A stretch of 64,000 nt of DNA from Trichoplax adhaerens (Eukaryota > Animalia > Placozoa). The DNA is taken from the NCBI RefSeq assembly GCF_000150275.1, contig NW_002060946.1, forward strand, positions 5,556,597 through 5,620,596, in the 5' to 3' direction. A program made the translations under genes and the position numbers. Shown here one piece after another: positions 58,418 to 64,000 of this stretch (the first letter of the stretch is position 1; every line of letters begins with the position of its first letter). The notes beneath the pieces were generated by a model. It saw only the letters and a list, made by a program, of their open reading frames with translations. It did no database searches and was not told the DNA's origin.

Positions 58418-60324
58418 TGTGTCTAGACCCTAGAAATCGTTATAGGTCTTGATCATCCTATGTCAATCTTGATACGTGAAGATGCATTTTAAGCTCATTG
58501 ACAAGCAAGAAAACTAGACTGACATAAAGTGAATTCCTATGCTAATACTGTATATCCAAGGATCGTCGTTGATGAAAGTTATTTATCATTGTGTGTAATT
58601 CTTGGCCATCAAGACGTTCTGACATACGACAGTTTAATCTACATCAACGTCTTTCGCAATCTATCTATAATATATATATATGTCTATATATATGAATACT
58701 GGTACATACAGCTCATCTAATGTATATTAGTAATCTGTCGGAGATTAGTGAATTAATCATCTACCATAATCATGGCATATTTTTATGAAATCTATACAGG
58801 AGCGGTAAAATTATCCTAATCCTATCCAATGTGGATAAATGATCCTCTTACACCTATTTTCGTGTATGACAGTCAAGAAATTATTGATAGTATGAAATAA
58901 ATTATGAATAAGTACAGCTAATGGCAAGTTATAATTTCAGCTAGTTAGTACTGTGCATGACTGATATTCAATTTAGATCACTGTTCTAAACTGACGTCCA
59001 TTATATGCCAATATCAATCTGTCTCCGAGTATGGCTTATAAATACAGTTGTCGGTCTAGCTCTACAACTACATTATTACAGATAAAAAAATTGTTAAAAA
59101 TTTCCTTCAAGAGAATCAAATCTACCATCATCCTACTGGCAATAAGGCAATACTGTAATGGCAACTTAAATCTTAAGTTTTCATATCACCTATCACTTAA
59201 CTACATCATTGACCTAATGATAAAGATTCTATTCGTAAATATAGCTGCAGAACTCTACTATTGAACCATTAAAAAAACTCTTCCATAATTGCATTCAAAA
59301 TAACTTTGATCTAACATTGTCCTTACTATTATCCCGCAAAATAATAATAGCACCCTCAATTTTAACTTCTCGCGATGCTTACTTAATTACAACATTGCCA
59401 TACAGTTCGTTATGCCAATTCCTGCCGACTAGCACCGAAATATTTAGCAACAGATTCAATAATGGCACCTTTTTATTTTTAATATGAAGTTTTGATAGTG
59501 CCTACTTAAAATAGAATATCGACTTTGGTGTATTTTTCCTGGTTCTGTTGACTAGTAACGACATATGTAGCGAGTAGAATATATAATAGCTCCAGAACAA
59601 CATCATTACAACTAGTGAAAGCATTTTAATTTCGTTCAAGGAAGAATAACCTAGTGCAATCGCAGAGGTAATAATAGCACGTAAAATTTTGAGTTCCCAC
59701 AGAATCTTCTTGACTTTAGTACCGATATGCTGTACGTTATGTTCTCGCTAACTAACAGGCAACCATGGCACGTTGCAGCAAGTCTTTCGCACCACCATCT
59801 TAACTATTATATCGACCCACGTCTATTTTTTACGCCAGCTCCTGCTGATCAATTTCCATTTGTTAACGATAAAGGTCATATACGTAAATGTAGCTCCAGA
59901 ACTATATTAGTGGCAACGTAATTAATCTTCAATTGTCATTCAAGCGATTCCGAACTGCTATCATCCCACATGCAATCATAGGACCTTAAATCTGAAGTTT
60001 TCTCAATATCGATCTACCAGCGCTATATCAATTCCTGCTTACTAGTATCGGTCTAACGATAGAGGTTTCATTTGTAACTATAACCATAGAAATACAATAT
60101 TGTACCAGTAAAATATCCTTTAAAAATTGGCTCAAAAATAAATCAAATCCACTGCCATCTCACAAACAGTAAAAGGTACCCTAAATCTAAAGTTACTACA
60201 ACACCTGTCATCGCTAACTACTGTATATCATAGAAATTTTATACGTTATGCCAGTTCCAGTTAACTAGCACCGACCTCTTTAGCAACGAACCGCTGTAAT
60301 AGCATGTTAGAGTTTACGTTTTCC

Positions 60325-60836
60325 AGCACCACTTTCAGAAGCAATTAATCATCCTTAAAAGGCATAAGTACAGTTTATAGGTATTTTTAATGCCATGAGA
60401 AGACGATAATGAATTATAAATCAAAATTATTAGATACAATAAATGTAATAGGTGGATTAGAGTTTGGCATCAGTTAGGATACTATCAAAGCTGTCATGAC
60501 CATGATTATAGTAATTATCCATGTACTATAAGTGAGAGAATCGATTAAAATGAAGTTGAAGTAAATATTTTACCATAGTAATGAGCACCACTTTCATAAG
60601 CAATGAATCATTCTCAAAAGTACAGGTACAATTTATACGTATCATTAATGTCATAAGAAGACTATGATGAATTATAAATCATAATGATTAGATAAAAAGA
60701 ATGTAATAAATGAATTTAAGTTTGGCATCAGTACTGATGATACTATCAAGCTGTCATAACTATGTTTTATCCATGTACAGTAAGTGAGAGAATTGATTAA
60801 AATGAAATCAATCTAACATTTTACCATAATGATGAG
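60325..60836. repeat. Diverged tandem duplication, 2 copies, period about 259 bp
   Basis: agcaccactttca.aagcaat.aatcat at 60325 and 60584. Confidence 0.88.
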
Positions 60837-61457
60837 GAAATTCTAGCTAATTTTCCCCAAATTAGAGGTATACATGCTTATGATGATTGCATGATGAAAT
60901 AAATTGATATATTGTAATGGCGTTAATTCAAAAGAATTGATATATTTTCCGTTTTGTACATGATATAGAAACTGCCTCGAGAGTGAAATTAAATAGAACA
61001 GCAATCCTAAAAATACATTTATCAACACGAAGCACACCTTAATCGATCCATCATTTTCAACAACATTACTCAATATTTGTATTATCCTAATATTGAACAT
61101 CATCCCTTGGCAGCTATAAATTATGTTTACTCTCATCATGATAGTGCTTATAACAAGAGTATGCAGTATCGCTAAAAGGAATATTTTTATTGCTGCCTTA
61201 TTTTAATTATTTCTATATTGATCATTAGTATAAAATTATACAAAAAAATTCTATGGTTAATGTAATGGAAAAGCGATAAAAATGATGGCAATCATGATAG
61301 CTAATGGTAGCCAATGGTGAACATAAATGATGGCAATACGTTCTTGTCATGATGGACTCATTTTAAAAGATTCTATTACTGCAAGGTTAAATAGTTGTCT
61401 CTCACAGTAGAATCGACAGTCTTCTATTTATATCAAGTCATAATATGGAATGGAGAA

Positions 61458-64000
61458 TTAATCTTCTACGGATAAATCATATTTGAAAGGTGAGTTAATA
61501 CTGCGGCCATTGCCTTGATTTTCTACCTTTCTATCACGACCTTGCTGTGGCTGGTGAGAGGGTATTGCGCTTCGAGGATGATGGCCAGCAGGTATGCCTT
61601 TACCTTGATTGCGTGTAGTAGTTGCAAATTCCATATAACTATCCTCGCTAAAAACGCTAATGCGGCTGCTAACATTCTCGTTATTGAAGGAGCTAGTGCA
61701 TGATCCACCGTAGACATCGCCATTAGATTTCTCTTGCTGAACTTTAATCTCCATTCGGAATGGTTGTTTGGCTACTTCTTCACGATCAAAACTACCATTC
61801 GATGTCGTCGTTGTTGTTATCACGGTAGATTTATTCTTAGCAGGTTGTAAATCATTTCCAGGCATTTTAGCTAATCGATATTCATGATTTAGAGTCGATG
61901 GTAAAGAATGATTGGTTGGCTGTTTTATGACATCCATATTAGGTTGATGATTATAATCCTCTCTATCTCTGCCTAGAGATCGATTTCCATGAATAGTATT
62001 CGTCCTATGGCCGTTATAACTGGCTGAAAAATGACCAGAATCATAATTGGCATGCGATTGGACTACAGAGGTTGGATTCGTTGCTATTGCCTCCTGATTT
62101 TCACCCATATTGAGTAGATGATCATTCTTCGTTATAGAATCGTCCTGATGACTTTGGTTATCACGATAGCCGTTAGCATGTGTGTTTAAAAATGGATTCC
62201 CATATTGATTAGAATTATATTCTACTGATTTCTCGCTGAGACTTCCTTTTCCATCAGGAAGCGTGTTCTTACCTTCATTAAAATTAGCATGACTGATATC
62301 TCGGTTATGAAGATGATGATTATCGTTCTTGATACTTATAAATGGATTATGATGATACTGTTGGCTAGAGAAATATTCGACATGGGTTGTCCTAACAGGA
62401 TCATTTCCGTTGGTGATGGAGTTCATTTCGCTCTCTTCTATTTTCGCTGTCATGATCGATGATGGAGCAGGATCATGTTTTTCTACCATCGGTAAATGCA
62501 AGTTTGCAGCTTGATAAGTATCTTGTGTTGTCGTTGATGATGGTCCTATAGCATTGCTAGGAGCTTGGTCATCCATATTAAAACTGTTGGTTAACGAATG
62601 GAATGCAACTTCGGTATCTCTTAAACTACCGGATAATAATTTATTCTCTCGCCTTAAGTCATCGAGACGAATTTCAATTTCTTTCAACTTGGTGGATTCT
62701 CTTGACAAGGTAGATAGATCCGTATCCAATGTTTGATTGAAATGATTATCATCATTTCCTTGGCCGTTAACTAAATGAGAATGATTTACAGGTGATGAAG
62801 GGAGGCTATCCGTAGGTTCCAAATCTTGATGATTTAAATTAGGATCCAATGTAGTCGCTACTGTTGATGATTGTATTGGAGCAACGTTGTTTTCACCATC
62901 GTTTTGATGATCGAATAAAAGTTGATTCTTTCGGTGTAATTGGCCGTTCTCCAATTCTAACTGATCTAATTCATCTTTAATTTGCGATACATAGGATTGC
63001 ATTTGTTCAGCACTATCTAATTGTTGATGTAATTGATTATTTTCCTGTAATATCTCATTTAATTGAACCTTAAATTGCATCCCTTCATGGCGTAAACTTT
63101 CTACTTCATGCAATGCTTCCCTTAATTGATCATTCTCTTGCTGTAATTTAGCCATTTTATCTGTTATAGTTACCTTAAAATCTTGCTGAACTTCCATTAA
63201 TTCTTGCTTAACAACATGGAAATCGTCCAACTTTGTCTGTAAGATCGTATTTTCACGGACTAACCGTTGAATTTGATCTTCATAAAAGTCTTTATTTTTC
63301 TTCATCATTTCCCATTCATCGCGTATTTTATCGACTTCAAAGTCTTGATTTTGACGATTTTGTTGCGTACAACGTTGTAAATTTTCTTCTAGTTTAATCA
63401 ATTTCTCTTTAAGTAGGATATTTTGTTTTCCCAACTCCAACTGAATTTCTTTTTCACTACCTAATTGTTGATTTAATCGTTGTATCCGTTGTTCTAATTG
63501 CGATTGCTTAGCAATCCAATCCTCTTTCTCTTTTTTTACCTTGATTAATTCAATCTGTTGCTCATCAAATTGGTGTTGCAATTCTAATTTACCATGATAT
63601 TGATTTAATGTCGATAGAGGTTGAAGTTTATCGTAGCCGATGGAAGTGTTGTTTTCTATAATAGCAGTTGATTCTAAATGTTGTCGATTATCGACCGGTT
63701 TTACTTCAACATTATTCTCATAAAGTTGATGATTTTGTATACGATCATTCAATTCTAAATCGAGTTCTTGGGATGATATTAATAATTCTGTAACGCTATC
63801 TGGTTGATTAAAACGTTGCTTACTGGCATGCAATTGTTTCTCTAGTTTTTCCAATTCTTGTTGGACTTTTCGGCTTTCATTTTCAATTAAATAACGGCTA
63901 TCATGATGACTATCATGTAATGTAGAAGTTCCATTGGGTTCATTCGAGCCATCCTGTCCAACTCGATTCAATAGAGGATAGGAAGAATCGACTTTTGAAT
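61458..64000 (-). CDS. Large terminal exon of a coiled-coil protein with disordered C-terminus (5' part outside window)
   Basis: 837+ codons and the frame stays open to the window edge. Long Q/E/L heptad region followed by an N/S/H-rich tail. Confidence 0.8.
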   Translation of the reverse strand, partial: SKVDSSYPLLNRVGQDGSNEPNGTSTLHDSHHDSRYLIENESRKVQQELEKLEKQLHASKQRFNQPDSVTELLISSQELDLELNDRIQNHQLYENNVEVKPVDNRQHLESTAIIENNTSIGYDKLQPLSTLNQYHGKLELQHQFDEQQIELIKVKKEKEDWIAKQSQLEQRIQRLNQQLGSEKEIQLELGKQNILLKEKLIKLEENLQRCTQQNRQNQDFEVDKIRDEWEMMKKNKDFYEDQIQRLVRENTILQTKLDDFHVVKQELMEVQQDFKVTITDKMAKLQQENDQLREALHEVESLRHEGMQFKVQLNEILQENNQLHQQLDSAEQMQSYVSQIKDELDQLELENGQLHRKNQLLFDHQNDGENNVAPIQSSTVATTLDPNLNHQDLEPTDSLPSSPVNHSHLVNGQGNDDNHFNQTLDTDLSTLSRESTKLKEIEIRLDDLRRENKLLSGSLRDTEVAFHSLTNSFNMDDQAPSNAIGPSSTTTQDTYQAANLHLPMVEKHDPAPSSIMTAKIEESEMNSITNGNDPVRTTHVEYFSSQQYHHNPFISIKNDNHHLHNRDISHANFNEGKNTLPDGKGSLSEKSVEYNSNQYGNPFLNTHANGYRDNQSHQDDSITKNDHLLNMGENQEAIATNPTSVVQSHANYDSGHFSASYNGHRTNTIHGNRSLGRDREDYNHQPNMDVIKQPTNHSLPSTLNHEYRLAKMPGNDLQPAKNKSTVITTTTTSNGSFDREEVAKQPFRMEIKVQQEKSNGDVYGGSCTSSFNNENVSSRISVFSEDSYMEFATTTRNQGKGIPAGHHPRSAIPSHQPQQGRDRKVENQGNGRSINSPFKYDLSVED

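Noticed and set aside
60298-60314. aatagcatgttagagtt matches the human U28 snoRNA guide region
   Set aside because: No box C/D context, and the human guide pairs with a variable 18S segment, so this is probably chance.

Overview
This is AT-rich, gene-dense animal DNA with short GT-AG introns. Gene content and intron style suggest Placozoa (Trichoplax-like), which is an inference. Splicing by hand gives these genes in order: last exon of GINS3, DAD1, AMFR/gp78, CIAPIN1 (anamorsin), a 75-aa TRIQK missed by the ORF track, a 5-exon membrane-anchored ML-domain (MD-2/NPC2-like) gene, DHX38/PRP16, an unknown 473-aa protein built from two homologous domains, SPIDR, two Cys-rich bPH-like paralogs plus a relic third copy, WDR38-like, an intronless RWD-RWD-RING-H2 gene and a 5'-truncated coiled-coil gene. 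The apparently empty stretch at about 53.4-55.2 kb holds three intronic box C/D snoRNAs with U29-, U25- and U27-type guides, which points to a non-coding snoRNA host gene like SNHG1/UHG. The window also has many 190-270 bp tandem duplications, a degenerate MITE, and TACAGTAC/GTACTGTA motif clusters marking most promoters. All family assignments come from recalled sequence similarity, not from database searches.
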